A stretch of 62,589 bases of DNA from positions 1 to 62,589 of the forward strand of contig JBLNDL010000006.1 in the NCBI GenBank assembly GCA_050261575.1, in the 5' to 3' direction. Positions 1 through 9,058 of the stretch are shown here, one piece after another. This stretch comes from Sphingomonadaceae bacterium. GTDB lineage: Bacteria; Chloroflexota; UBA6077. A program made the translations under genes and the position numbers. Positions within the stretch are counted from its first letter, which is position 1; every line of letters starts with the position of its first letter. A model generated the notes under the pieces. The model had not been told where the DNA came from, did not search any database, and saw only the letters and a list, made by a program, of their open reading frames with translations.

Positions 1-209
1 GCCTGCCCCTTCGCCGTTGCTTTCCGCCTGCTCTCCCCCTCACACACCGCGACTCAGTCTTCAGACCCCTCATTTCACCATCCCCACGCCCTGCCCCTAT
101 CCGAATCCACGGATTAGGGCCGCAGATCCCAGTTTGCACGTCCGCGTAGGCGCATGGTATACTCCTTCATTGCTGCTATCCACTCGTCACAACAGGAGTT
201 GTCTTTTCG

Positions 210-410
210 ATGCCGAAGCTGAAGACCCACAAGGGCACCGCACAACGCTTCCACGTGACCGGTTCGGGCAAGCTGATGCGCACCAAGCACGGCAAGAGCC
301 ACTTGCGGCGCAATCGATCCGCCCGGGCTCGCAGGCAGTACGACGACCTGCTGCCGGTGGCCACAGTCGATCGCGAGAGGATCAAGAAGCTCATCCCTTA
401 CGGCGCCTGA
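210..410 (+). CDS. rpmI: 50S ribosomal protein L35
   Basis: MPKLKTHKG..RF.VTGSGKL signature; upstream of rplT. Confidence 0.97.
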   Translation: MPKLKTHKGTAQRFHVTGSGKLMRTKHGKSHLRRNRSARARRQYDDLLPVATVDRERIKKLIPYGA

Positions 411-549
411 GGATCCGAGCAGGTCGTCTGCGTCTCGGGGCGTCAACCGTTAGATAAGGTCGCTGCCAGGTCCAGCTTCCCTTCCTAGAGGGGCGACTCG
501 TAGCCCCCTGGTCGCGAGACTGGACCGGTTGTTTGCTCAGGAGGAACCT

Positions 550-912
550 TTGAGTAGAGTCAAGCGCGGAGTAGCAGCCCACCGGCGTCACAAGAAGATC
601 CTGGAGTTGGCGAAGGGCCATTCGGGAGTCCGAACCACCCACTTTCGGAAGGCCAACGAGTCGGTCCTGAAGGCGCTGTCCTACGCCTATCGGGATCGCA
701 GGGCCCGCAAGGGCGAGTTCCACAGGCTGTGGATCGCGCGCATCAACGCGGCCGTCCGTGGCCTTGGGATGACCTACAGCCAGTTCATGGCTGCTTTGAA
801 AGCGCACAACGTCGGCATCGACCGGAAGATGCTGGCAGAGATGGCTGTCAACGACGCTGCAGGCTTCCAGAACCTGGTGAAGTCGCTCCAGGCCCCTACC
901 CCGACGGCGTAA
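550..912 (+). CDS. rplT: 50S ribosomal protein L20
   Basis: SRVKRG...YAYRDRR.RK..F..LWI.RINA; TTG start at 550 after AGGAGG. Confidence 0.97.
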   Translation: MSRVKRGVAAHRRHKKILELAKGHSGVRTTHFRKANESVLKALSYAYRDRRARKGEFHRLWIARINAAVRGLGMTYSQFMAALKAHNVGIDRKMLAEMAVNDAAGFQNLVKSLQAPTPTA

Positions 913-1064
913 CGAGGCACCCGGCGGGCGAGCCTGCCGGTGAGGGACCTCGATCACCCGTGCGCGCTGGGGCCGTTCCGCTGGCAACTGCTTCGGTCTT
1001 AGGTGCCCAAGGCAGCCGCGGTCTCCGCCACCTGAGGTCGTTCTGCCCGGCCGGACGGGGCATC

Positions 1065-1133
1065 CAAGACAGGATGGACAGGATCGACAGGATAGAGCGT
1101 GAGAATCCCTCCAATCCTGTCGATCCTGTCTTG
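1065..1133. repeat. Inverted repeat built of 9-nt-periodic GACAGGAT / ATCCTGTC units
   Basis: GACAGGAT at 1068, 1077, 1086; ATCCTGTC at 1114, 1123. Confidence 0.8.
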
Positions 1134-1150
1134 CTATCGTGGGGTTGTAG

Positions 1151-1957
1151 ATGGGACCGGAGACTCGGGGGCCACGGCAGGTGCTGGGCATCTCGAACCC
1201 AATAGTCCGGCTGCTTCGCGATCTGCGCGACCGCGACGGGCGGCGGGAGCATGGCGCGTTTCTGATCGAGGGAACCCGGCTGGTGGGCGAGGCCGTCGCC
1301 GCGTCCTGGCCCCTGGTCGCGGCGCTGTACGACTGGGACAGGGCGCAGACAGACGCGGAGCTGGCGGACCTGGTGGCCCGAATCCCCGCTGCCGTGCCGG
1401 CCTCGACCAGGGCCTTGAAGCATGCCAGCGACACCGTGACACCCCAGGGTATCGTCGCCGCAGCCCGAATGCCGGCTCGCCCCGCCGCAGTCGATCCGAC
1501 GGAGCCGCTGGCGCTGGTGCTGGACGGCATCGCAGATCCGGGGAACGCCGGCACGCTGCTGCGCTCCGCGCTCGGCTCGGGCGTTCGTACCGTCTTGGCC
1601 CCGCGGGGCAGCGTGGACCTCTTCGCCCCCAAGGTGGTCAGGAGCGGCATGGGCTCCCACTTTCACCTGAGGCTGGGGACGGACCTCGGCTGGCCGGAGA
1701 TCCGCAAGATGCTGGGAGAGGGCAGGGAAGTGGTGGTGGCCGAGGCACGAAGGGGGAAGGCCTACTACGAGTTCGACTGGCGGCAACCCGTCGCGCTGGT
1801 GGTGGGCGGGGAAGCCCACGGGCCGAGCCCGGAGGCCCTGCGGCTGGCGACGGCAAGGGTATCCATCCCTCTGGAACCCGACGTGGAATCGCTGAACGCC
1901 GCCGTCGCGGGCAGCATCATCCTTTTCGAGGCCAAGCGACAACGAGATCAGGGCTGA
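1151..1957 (+). CDS. TrmH/SpoU-family RNA methyltransferase
   Basis: DPGNAGTLLRS, VGGEAHG and ESLNAAVA SPOUT motifs. Confidence 0.92.
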   Translation: MGPETRGPRQVLGISNPIVRLLRDLRDRDGRREHGAFLIEGTRLVGEAVAASWPLVAALYDWDRAQTDAELADLVARIPAAVPASTRALKHASDTVTPQGIVAAARMPARPAAVDPTEPLALVLDGIADPGNAGTLLRSALGSGVRTVLAPRGSVDLFAPKVVRSGMGSHFHLRLGTDLGWPEIRKMLGEGREVVVAEARRGKAYYEFDWRQPVALVVGGEAHGPSPEALRLATARVSIPLEPDVESLNAAVAGSIILFEAKRQRDQG

Positions 1958-1990
1958 GGACCGAGGGCTGAGAGAACACATCCATACCCT

Positions 1991-2088
1991 GTAGGGGCCT
2001 TGCCCGCGAGGCTGTGCTCGCTCGCCTCGCGGGTTCACCCCGTCACCCTGCGTGTGCGCCCTGGGTGAGACACACGGGTTGCCCCTAC
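1991..2088. repeat. GTAG-type REP-like palindrome (related copies near 487, 43340-43460, 51487, 53855, 58503, 59525-59590)
   Basis: GTAGGGGC...GCCCCTAC hairpin ends in intergenic DNA. Confidence 0.6.
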
Positions 2089-2129
2089 CTCAGTCCGCGA
2101 ACCTCAGTCTCAAGATAGGAGGGTCACAA

Positions 2130-3164
2130 GTGCTGGACCGTCTGCGACAGCTCAGAGACAGGGCACTGGCCGAGCTTGGCCGGGTCCACGATTCCGGAGA
2201 GCTCCAGGCCTGGCGCATCGCCTACCTGGGCAAGAAGGGCCCCATGACCGAGATCCTCAGGGAGGTGGGTAGGCTGCCCGCCGAGGAGCGACCAGTCGTG
2301 GGACAGGCATCCAACCGGATCAAGGAGGAGCTGGAGCGCGCCTTCCAGCAGCGCGAGCAGGAGCTGAAGACCGAGGAGCTGCAGCGCGCCCTCGAGGCGG
2401 AGCGGATCGACGTGACCCTTCCCGGACGCCCGGCCCCGGTAGGCAACCTCCACGTCATCACCAAGACCATCGACCAGATCGTCTCCGTATTCGCCTCCAT
2501 GGGCTACCAGGTCGTCGACGGCCCCGAGGTGGAGCTGGATTACTACAACTTCGAGGCGCTGAACATCCCGCAGGATCACCCGGCCAGAGATATGTGGGAC
2601 ACCTTCTACATCCGGCGCGGCGAGGGTCAGGACGTGCTGCTGCGCACTCACACCTCCCCCATGCAGGTGCGGACGATGGAGAAGACGGTTCCACCCGTGC
2701 GGGTGGTGGTGCCTGGCCGCTGCTACCGCTACGAGGCCCAGGATGCCTCCCACGAGTCCCAGTTCTTCCAGATCGAGGGGCTCGCCGTAGACGAGGGGAT
2801 CACGATGGCCGACCTGAAAGGCACGCTGGCCCTCTTCGCCAGACGGATGTTCGGCCCCGACGTGAAGGTCCGCTTCCGCTGCGACTACTTCCCCTTCGTG
2901 GAGCCCGGCGCCGAGATGTCGGTGACGTGCGTTGCCTGCAAGGGCACCGGATGCCGAGTCTGCAAGGGCACCGGCTGGTTGGAGATCATGGGTGCCGGCA
3001 TGGTCCATCCACGAGTGCTGCAGGGGGTGGGCTACGACCCCGAGCGTTACAGCGGCTTCGCCTTCGGCATGGGGCCAGAGCGAATCGCCATGGTGCGCTA
3101 CGGCATCGACGACATCCGCCTGTTCTACGGCAACGACCTGCGCTTCCTGCGCCAGTTCGCGTAA
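2130..3164 (+). CDS. pheS: Phenylalanine-tRNA ligase alpha subunit
   Basis: HPARDMWDTF, LLRTHTSPMQ, YFPFVEP, FAFGMG.ERIAM; GTG start after GGAGG. Confidence 0.98.
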   Translation: MLDRLRQLRDRALAELGRVHDSGELQAWRIAYLGKKGPMTEILREVGRLPAEERPVVGQASNRIKEELERAFQQREQELKTEELQRALEAERIDVTLPGRPAPVGNLHVITKTIDQIVSVFASMGYQVVDGPEVELDYYNFEALNIPQDHPARDMWDTFYIRRGEGQDVLLRTHTSPMQVRTMEKTVPPVRVVVPGRCYRYEAQDASHESQFFQIEGLAVDEGITMADLKGTLALFARRMFGPDVKVRFRCDYFPFVEPGAEMSVTCVACKGTGCRVCKGTGWLEIMGAGMVHPRVLQGVGYDPERYSGFAFGMGPERIAMVRYGIDDIRLFYGNDLRFLRQFA

Positions 3165-3231
3165 GGCCCCCTTACCCCTCCCCCGCGAGGAGGAGGGGCC
3201 GGGGAGGGTGACAAGTAGGGGGTACCGATAG

Positions 3232-5637
3232 ATGAAAGTCCTGCTTTCCTGGCTCCAAGAGTTCGTCGAGGTGCGGCCCTCCGTCCGCGAGTTGGCCCAT
3301 CTCCTCTCCATGTCCGGCTCCGAGGTCGCCGCTTTCGAAGAGGTGGGCGCCCACTGGTCCAAGGTGTTCGTCGGACAGGTCGTCAGACTGGGGCCTCATC
3401 CCGCCGCCGAGCGGCTCACCTTGGTCGAGGTGAACCTCGGTGGCTCCGTGGCCACTCTGGTCACCGCAGCCACCAACCTGACCGAGGGGGACAAGGTGCC
3501 CGTGGTGCTGGCGGGCGGTAGCCTCCAGCCCGGCTCCACCATCGACGCCGTGGACTTCCGCGGGATTCGGTCCGAGGGGATGCTCTGCTCCGGGCTCGAG
3601 CTTGGGATCTCTCCGGACGGCGAGGGGATCTACGTCATGGAGCCGGAAGCGCCCGTGGGCACGGAGTTGAAGGAGTACCTGAACGATTGGGTCATCGACA
3701 TCGACGTCACCCCCAACCGGCCGGACTGCATGTCCGTGGTCGGCATCGCCCGCGAGGTGGCCGCACTCACCGGCGCCAGATTGAGCATACCCCCGACGAG
3801 AATCCCCGGCAGCGAGTTCCGGTCGTCCGACCTCATCACGGTCGAGATCCGCGACCCGGACCTTTGCCCCCGCTACACCGCGATCGTGATAAGGGACGTC
3901 ACCGTCAAGCCCTCCCCCCACTGGATGCAGCGCCGCCTGTACCTCTGTGGGGTCCGGCCCATCAGCAACATCGTCGACGCCACGAATTACGTCATGCTGG
4001 AGCGAGGCCAGCCCCTGCACGCCTTCGACGGCAGCAAGCTCCACGACGGCATCGTCGTGCGAAGGGCGGCACCGGGCGAGGCGATCACCACGCTGGACGG
4101 CGAGACCCGACGGCTGACGCCGGACACGCTGGTGATCGCCGATCACCAGGAGGCGGTCGCAATCGCGGGCGTGATGGGCGGCCTCCTCAGCGAAGTGGAC
4201 GACTCCACCAGGCTGGTGGTGCTGGAGTCCGCCAACTTCGACCGGACCAGCATCCGCCGCACCACCCAGCAGCTTAGGCTCTCCACAGAGGCATCCAAGC
4301 GGTTCGACAAGGGGCTCGACCCCGAGTTGACCGTGCCCAGCGCACTCCGCGCCGCCGCCCTGATGGTGGAGTTGGGGGGCGGAAGCGTGGGCCAAGACGT
4401 GGTCGACGTCTACCCCAACCCCATCAAACCCACCGTCCTCTCCATCTCCGAGCAGGACGTGGCGCGGCTGCTGGGCCTGCCCATCGGCAGAGCGGAGATG
4501 CGGTCCATCTTCGACTCCCTCGGCTTCCAGACGGCGGAGCTGGACGTCCGGATGGAGGTGGTGGTCCCCACCTTCCGTCAGGACGTCGAGGGCAAGGCCG
4601 ATCTGTGCGAGGAGCTCGCCCGGATCAAGGGCTACGACCTGATCCCAAGTACCCTGCCCAGCGGCGCGCTCCCCGAGGCGCTGCCCGAGCCATACCTGAT
4701 CTGGGAGCGGGTCGCTCGCGACATCCTGGTGGGCGCCGGACTGCAGGAGGTCATCACCTACGCGCTCGTGGACTGCGACTCGCCCTCCAGGCTCACCGTC
4801 GAGGTGGGGCCGGACGTCGCCGAGGTTCCCCCGGAGTCGATCCGGCTCAAGAATGCCATGACCCCGGAGCAGGCGTGCCTCCGCACGTCGATGCTGGGCA
4901 GCCTCATGCGGACCATCGCCGCAAACATGCGCCACGAGACCCGAGCCTACATCTTCGAGTTGGGCCGGGTGTACCTGCCTCCCCTCGATCCGCTGCCGGT
5001 GGAGCGCCGCACCCTCGGCATCGCCTTCACCGGGCCCAGGGAGGCGGAGAGCTGGAACTCGCATCCCGAGGATGGCGACTTCTTCGACCTGAAGGGCTAC
5101 GTGGAGGCGCTGCTGCGGGCCCTGGGCATCGAAGGCGCGACCTACGAACCGGCGCGCCACACCTCCCTGCATCCGGGCCGTACTGCCAGGCTGGCGGTAG
5201 ACGGCAGGGTGGTGGGCTACCTGGGGGAGGTCCACCCCACGGTGGTGGAGCGGTACGACCTCCAACCGCGTCGGGTCTTCGCCGCCGAGCTGGACTTCGA
5301 GACGTTGATCACCCTGGCCTCGCCGGAGCGCACCTACCATGCGCTGCCCCGCTTCCCGGCCGTGAGCCACGACATCGCTGTGGTCCTGGACGAGGCCGTG
5401 CCGAACGCCGAGGTGGAGGCGGTGATCCGGCAGGCGGGGAGTCCCTTGCTGGCCACCGTGCAACTCTTCGACCTCTACCGCGGGCCATCCATACCGGAGG
5501 GGAAGAAGAGTCTGGCCTACGCCCTCGCCTACCGGGCCTCCGACCGGACCCTGACCGACCAGGAGGTGGCGGAGGTGGAGGCTCGGATCGTCGAGGACCT
5601 GGCCTCCCGCTTCGGCGCCTATCTCCGAGGCAAGTAG
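3232..5637 (+). CDS. pheT: Phenylalanine-tRNA ligase beta subunit
   Basis: SEGMLCS, TPNRPDC, GQPLHAFD, C-terminal FDX-ACB domain. Confidence 0.98.
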   Translation: MKVLLSWLQEFVEVRPSVRELAHLLSMSGSEVAAFEEVGAHWSKVFVGQVVRLGPHPAAERLTLVEVNLGGSVATLVTAATNLTEGDKVPVVLAGGSLQPGSTIDAVDFRGIRSEGMLCSGLELGISPDGEGIYVMEPEAPVGTELKEYLNDWVIDIDVTPNRPDCMSVVGIAREVAALTGARLSIPPTRIPGSEFRSSDLITVEIRDPDLCPRYTAIVIRDVTVKPSPHWMQRRLYLCGVRPISNIVDATNYVMLERGQPLHAFDGSKLHDGIVVRRAAPGEAITTLDGETRRLTPDTLVIADHQEAVAIAGVMGGLLSEVDDSTRLVVLESANFDRTSIRRTTQQLRLSTEASKRFDKGLDPELTVPSALRAAALMVELGGGSVGQDVVDVYPNPIKPTVLSISEQDVARLLGLPIGRAEMRSIFDSLGFQTAELDVRMEVVVPTFRQDVEGKADLCEELARIKGYDLIPSTLPSGALPEALPEPYLIWERVARDILVGAGLQEVITYALVDCDSPSRLTVEVGPDVAEVPPESIRLKNAMTPEQACLRTSMLGSLMRTIAANMRHETRAYIFELGRVYLPPLDPLPVERRTLGIAFTGPREAESWNSHPEDGDFFDLKGYVEALLRALGIEGATYEPARHTSLHPGRTARLAVDGRVVGYLGEVHPTVVERYDLQPRRVFAAELDFETLITLASPERTYHALPRFPAVSHDIAVVLDEAVPNAEVEAVIRQAGSPLLATVQLFDLYRGPSIPEGKKSLAYALAYRASDRTLTDQEVAEVEARIVEDLASRFGAYLRGK

Positions 5638-5787
5638 CCCTCTGCGGTTCTGTCAGCGCGGAGTCGGCGTCATCCCCAACGCAGGCACGCTCTGGGAATA
5701 CTTTCCTATTGAGAAGAGGGGCGGCTACGGGCAAAATCCGACACACGATTTGGATCTTGCCCGTAGCCATCTAAGGGGGCCCCTCCT

Positions 5788-6345
5788 ATGAACGTCGCCG
5801 CCATCACCTGGCTCGACGCGGTAGCGGTGTTGATGCTGATCGGCAGCATCGCCTTCGGGTTCCACCAGGGTCTGGTGCGCCAGACCTTGCTCCTCGTGGC
5901 CGCCTACATCGCCACGGTGCTGGCCGCCCAGTACTACGACAGGCCGGCGGAGATGATCGTGCGGCAGTTCCCCGGTTTCGTCCCGGAGATCGCTCGCGTA
6001 GTCGCCTTCCTCGGCCTGGCCATCGCCCTCACCATCCTCGTCACCTGGCTGATCTGGTCGGCCTACCGCTACACCAAGCTTCCGGAGATAGTGGTGCTGG
6101 ATCAGTTCGGCGGGGCCCTCTTGGGGGGCATTATCGGATTGGCCGCCATCGGCATCGCGCTGAGCCTGTCGCACTACGCCCTCGAGGCGCCCTGGCCGGC
6201 TGGGAGCCCGATCCAGCAGGCGCTGCACGTGGGGCTGCTCAACTCCTCCCTGGACGGGCTGTTCAGTTCCGCCCTGCCCCTCATCCAGACCACCCTGCGC
6301 CCCTGGTTGCCCTCCGGCATACCCCTGATGCTGAGCAACGGCTGA
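5788..6345 (+). CDS. CvpA-family membrane protein
   Basis: Hydrophobic, D...G...G..R and LD..GG..LG...G pattern; sits between pheT and polX as in Bacillus. Confidence 0.85.
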   Translation: MNVAAITWLDAVAVLMLIGSIAFGFHQGLVRQTLLLVAAYIATVLAAQYYDRPAEMIVRQFPGFVPEIARVVAFLGLAIALTILVTWLIWSAYRYTKLPEIVVLDQFGGALLGGIIGLAAIGIALSLSHYALEAPWPAGSPIQQALHVGLLNSSLDGLFSSALPLIQTTLRPWLPSGIPLMLSNG

Positions 6346-6467
6346 GGGAGGCATGCCTCTTGCCTCCGAGAAGGCCTGACGAATCCGCAGATGCCGCGGA
6401 TGGCCGAGCGGACACCTGCCGAATCGACACCTGCGCAATCTGCGGATGGATTCTTCGACGGCAACGC

Positions 6468-8207
6468 ATGAGGAACGCCGAAGTCGCAGCCTTCCTGAAT
6501 GAGATCGCCGACCTTCTGGAGTTGAAGGGCGACAGCCGCTTCAGAGTGGGCGCCTACCGCACGGCCGCGAGCCGAATAGAGAACCTCACCGAGGACGTGG
6601 ACGATCTCTGGGCCACCGGCCACCTGCAGGACGTGCCCGGCTTCGGCGAATCCATCGCCGCCAAGGTGGGCGAATTCCTGGAGACAGGCCGCTCCGCCTA
6701 CCTGGAGTCGCTTCGAAAGGAGGTCGCGCCGGGGCTCCGCGAGCTGCTGAAGGTCCCAGGGATCGGCCCCGCGAGGGCCCAGACCATCTACCGGCACCTC
6801 GGCATCCGATCGCTGTCCGAGCTGGAGGCGGCAGCAAGGGAGCACCGGCTGAGGGAGTTGCCGGGGATCCGCGAGAAGACCGAGGAGAAGATCCTCAGGG
6901 AAGTCGAGCGGCTCCAGCAGCGAACCCACCGCATCCCCCTGGGGGTTGCCCTGCCGGCCGCCGAGGAGCTGGCCCGGCTGCTGTCCCAGAATCCATTGGT
7001 GGACCGAGTAGAGCCGGCCGGCAGCCTTCGGCGCATGAAGGAGACGATCGGCGACATCGACCTGCTGGCATCCTCCGAACAGCCGGCCAGAGTGACCAGG
7101 GAGTTCGCTAAGCTCCCAATCGTCAAGGAGGTGCTGGCAATCGGCCCCACCAAGGCCAGCGTTCTCACCAAGGACAACCTCCAGGTAGATCTGCGGGTCG
7201 TGAAGCCCGAGGAGTTCGGAGCGGCACTGCAGTACTTCACCGGGAACAAGGAGCACAACATCGTCCTGCGGGACATAGCGATCCGACACGGGTGGAAGCT
7301 GAACGAATACGGCCTTTTCGACGAGTCCACTGGCCGAAGGCTCGCAGGCAAGGAGGAGTGCGACATCTACCGGGCCCTGGGGCTGGAGTGCATGCCTCCG
7401 GAGCTGCGGGAGAACCGGGGCGAGATCGAGGCCGCGGCCAACGGCACCCTTCCTCACCTGATCGAGCAGAAGGACCTGCGTGGCGACCTCCAGGTCCACA
7501 GCGACTGGTCGGACGGGACAGACACCCTCGAGGAGATGGCCGAGGCGTGCCGACAGATGGGCTATCAGTACGTGGCCATCACAGATCACTCCCAGGGGCT
7601 GGGGGTGGCCCGCGGCCTTTCCCCCGAGCGGCTGGAGCAGAAGCTGCGGGAGGTGGATGAGCTGAACCGCCGGATGGCTCCATTCCGCATCCTGAAGGCT
7701 GCCGAGGTGGACATCCGAGGGGACGGGCACCTGGACTACCCGGATGAGATCCTGGCCCGGCTGGAGATCGTGGTCGCCGCCGTGCATTCCCTCTTCGAGC
7801 AGAGCCGGCAGCGGATGACCGACAGGATACTGCGGGCGTTCGAGAACCCATACCTGGACATACTGGCCCATCCCACCGGCCGGCTGCTCAACAAGCGATC
7901 GGGCTATCCGGTGGACCTGGAACGGGTGTTGCAGGCAGCCGCGGAGCGAGGTATCGCCTTGGAGATCAACGCCTCGCCCGACCGGCTCGACCTGGACGAC
8001 GTGTGGGCCCGGCGGGCGAAGGAACTCGGGGTGCTCCTCTCGATCGACACCGACGCCCACTCCGCTGGAAACCTGAACTCGATTCGGTACGGGATCGCGG
8101 TGGCACGTCGCGGCTGGCTGGAGGCGCGCGACGTCCTGAACACCCTGCCGCTGGAACAGATGCTCGCACGCCTGCGCCGCAACCGCCCCCTCCGCCGCGC
8201 CGCCTGA
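6468..8207 (+). CDS. polX: DNA polymerase X with PHP domain
   Basis: GS.RR..ETIGDIDLL, YFTG, LNEYG; PHP motifs ITDHS, HPTGR, DTDAH. Confidence 0.95.
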   Translation: MRNAEVAAFLNEIADLLELKGDSRFRVGAYRTAASRIENLTEDVDDLWATGHLQDVPGFGESIAAKVGEFLETGRSAYLESLRKEVAPGLRELLKVPGIGPARAQTIYRHLGIRSLSELEAAAREHRLRELPGIREKTEEKILREVERLQQRTHRIPLGVALPAAEELARLLSQNPLVDRVEPAGSLRRMKETIGDIDLLASSEQPARVTREFAKLPIVKEVLAIGPTKASVLTKDNLQVDLRVVKPEEFGAALQYFTGNKEHNIVLRDIAIRHGWKLNEYGLFDESTGRRLAGKEECDIYRALGLECMPPELRENRGEIEAAANGTLPHLIEQKDLRGDLQVHSDWSDGTDTLEEMAEACRQMGYQYVAITDHSQGLGVARGLSPERLEQKLREVDELNRRMAPFRILKAAEVDIRGDGHLDYPDEILARLEIVVAAVHSLFEQSRQRMTDRILRAFENPYLDILAHPTGRLLNKRSGYPVDLERVLQAAAERGIALEINASPDRLDLDDVWARRAKELGVLLSIDTDAHSAGNLNSIRYGIAVARRGWLEARDVLNTLPLEQMLARLRRNRPLRRAA

Positions 8208-8286
8208 CTCATCGAGCCCATGCTCCCCCTAGGAGAGGCGTGAACGTTCCGGTGGCACGTCCACGGGGTGAGGGCAACCTGCCCCC

Positions 8287-8610
8287 TCACTCGTGAGTCT
8301 TCAGCACGACCGGCAGCCCCGTCTCCTTCGCGATACTCTCCTTGAAGAGATCCAGCCACGGGCAGTAGGTCACGAGACAGTTGCCCAGGTGTATCGCCTG
8401 GGCGCCCAAATCCCGCATCCGCACCGCGCGCTCCACCGTCTTGCTCGGGTCCTTCAGCACGCAGCCGCCGCAGGTGTCGAAGCCAACCAGCTCCGCTCCA
8501 TCGCCGTATGCGGCCATCGGGCCCCTCTTATCCCGAACGGCGGGGAAGCACTTGTACCCGGCGCACTGCTGGGCGCGGACCTCGCACCGGATGATACCAA
8601 CCTTCGTCAT
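8287..8610 (-). CDS. CGGC domain protein
   Basis: IIRC...C.G.KC...TCGGC...IHL.NC. Confidence 0.88.
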   Translation of the reverse strand: MTKVGIIRCEVRAQQCAGYKCFPAVRDKRGPMAAYGDGAELVGFDTCGGCVLKDPSKTVERAVRMRDLGAQAIHLGNCLVTYCPWLDLFKESIAKETGLPVVLKTHE

Positions 8611-8839
8611 CTCCTCCTCCTCGAGTGGGAACCACCCTTCTTCCAGTGGCTTCCGTACACAGGAGGGCTTGTCCCCCGCCGCCCGGCGCAGCCGATGGAC
8701 TGGGCGGCACTACACCAGGCTATGCACCACGACATGCCGACGCAGAAAGACAGCCGGACGCAGCCGGTACGAGAGCGCATTCTGCGCGGCCCGGGGAGGA
8801 TTAGTCAACCTCGAAGGCCTGGAGAAGTTGTGCCACGCT

Positions 8840-8869
8840 TTGCCTGCCCGTGGCGCGGCGTGGTAAACT
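8840..8869 (+). promoter_or_regulatory. Probable native tRNA-Pro promoter
   Basis: TTGCCT-N18-TAAACT with extended TG, 8 nt before the tRNA 5' fragment. Confidence 0.6.
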
Positions 8870-8876
8870 AGTGACG

Positions 8877-8924
8877 ACGGGGTGTAGCGCAGTTGGCAGC
8901 GCGCATGGTTTGGGACCATGAGGT
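8877..8924 (+). repeat. attL: 48-bp copy of the tRNA-Pro 5' portion
   Basis: Identical to 32090-32137. Confidence 0.95.
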
Positions 8925-8970
8925 AGGTGGAAACCCATCCCGTAGCCCTCATGAATAGCCGACTTCGCGG

Positions 8971-9010
8971 AACCATGAGACCCGCAGACGGGGTTTCATG
9001 GTTTTCTTGT
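8971..9010 (+). terminator. Intrinsic terminator between attL and the integrase
   Basis: AACCATGAGACCC / GGGTTTCATGGTT stem followed by TTCTTGT. Confidence 0.7.
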
Positions 9011-9058
9011 TGTCTGGAGCCCTCATAGGTCCGCCGCAGCCAAGAGAGGAGGTCTGCA

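Noticed and set aside
1960..2129. T-box riboswitch upstream of pheS
   Set aside because: No T-box antiterminator consensus; the region is a REP-like hairpin plus short heptamer repeats
391..8060. Long antisense ORFs (e.g. 3172-5463, 6174-8060, and similar ones elsewhere)
   Set aside because: Shadow frames of real genes, expected in high-GC DNA
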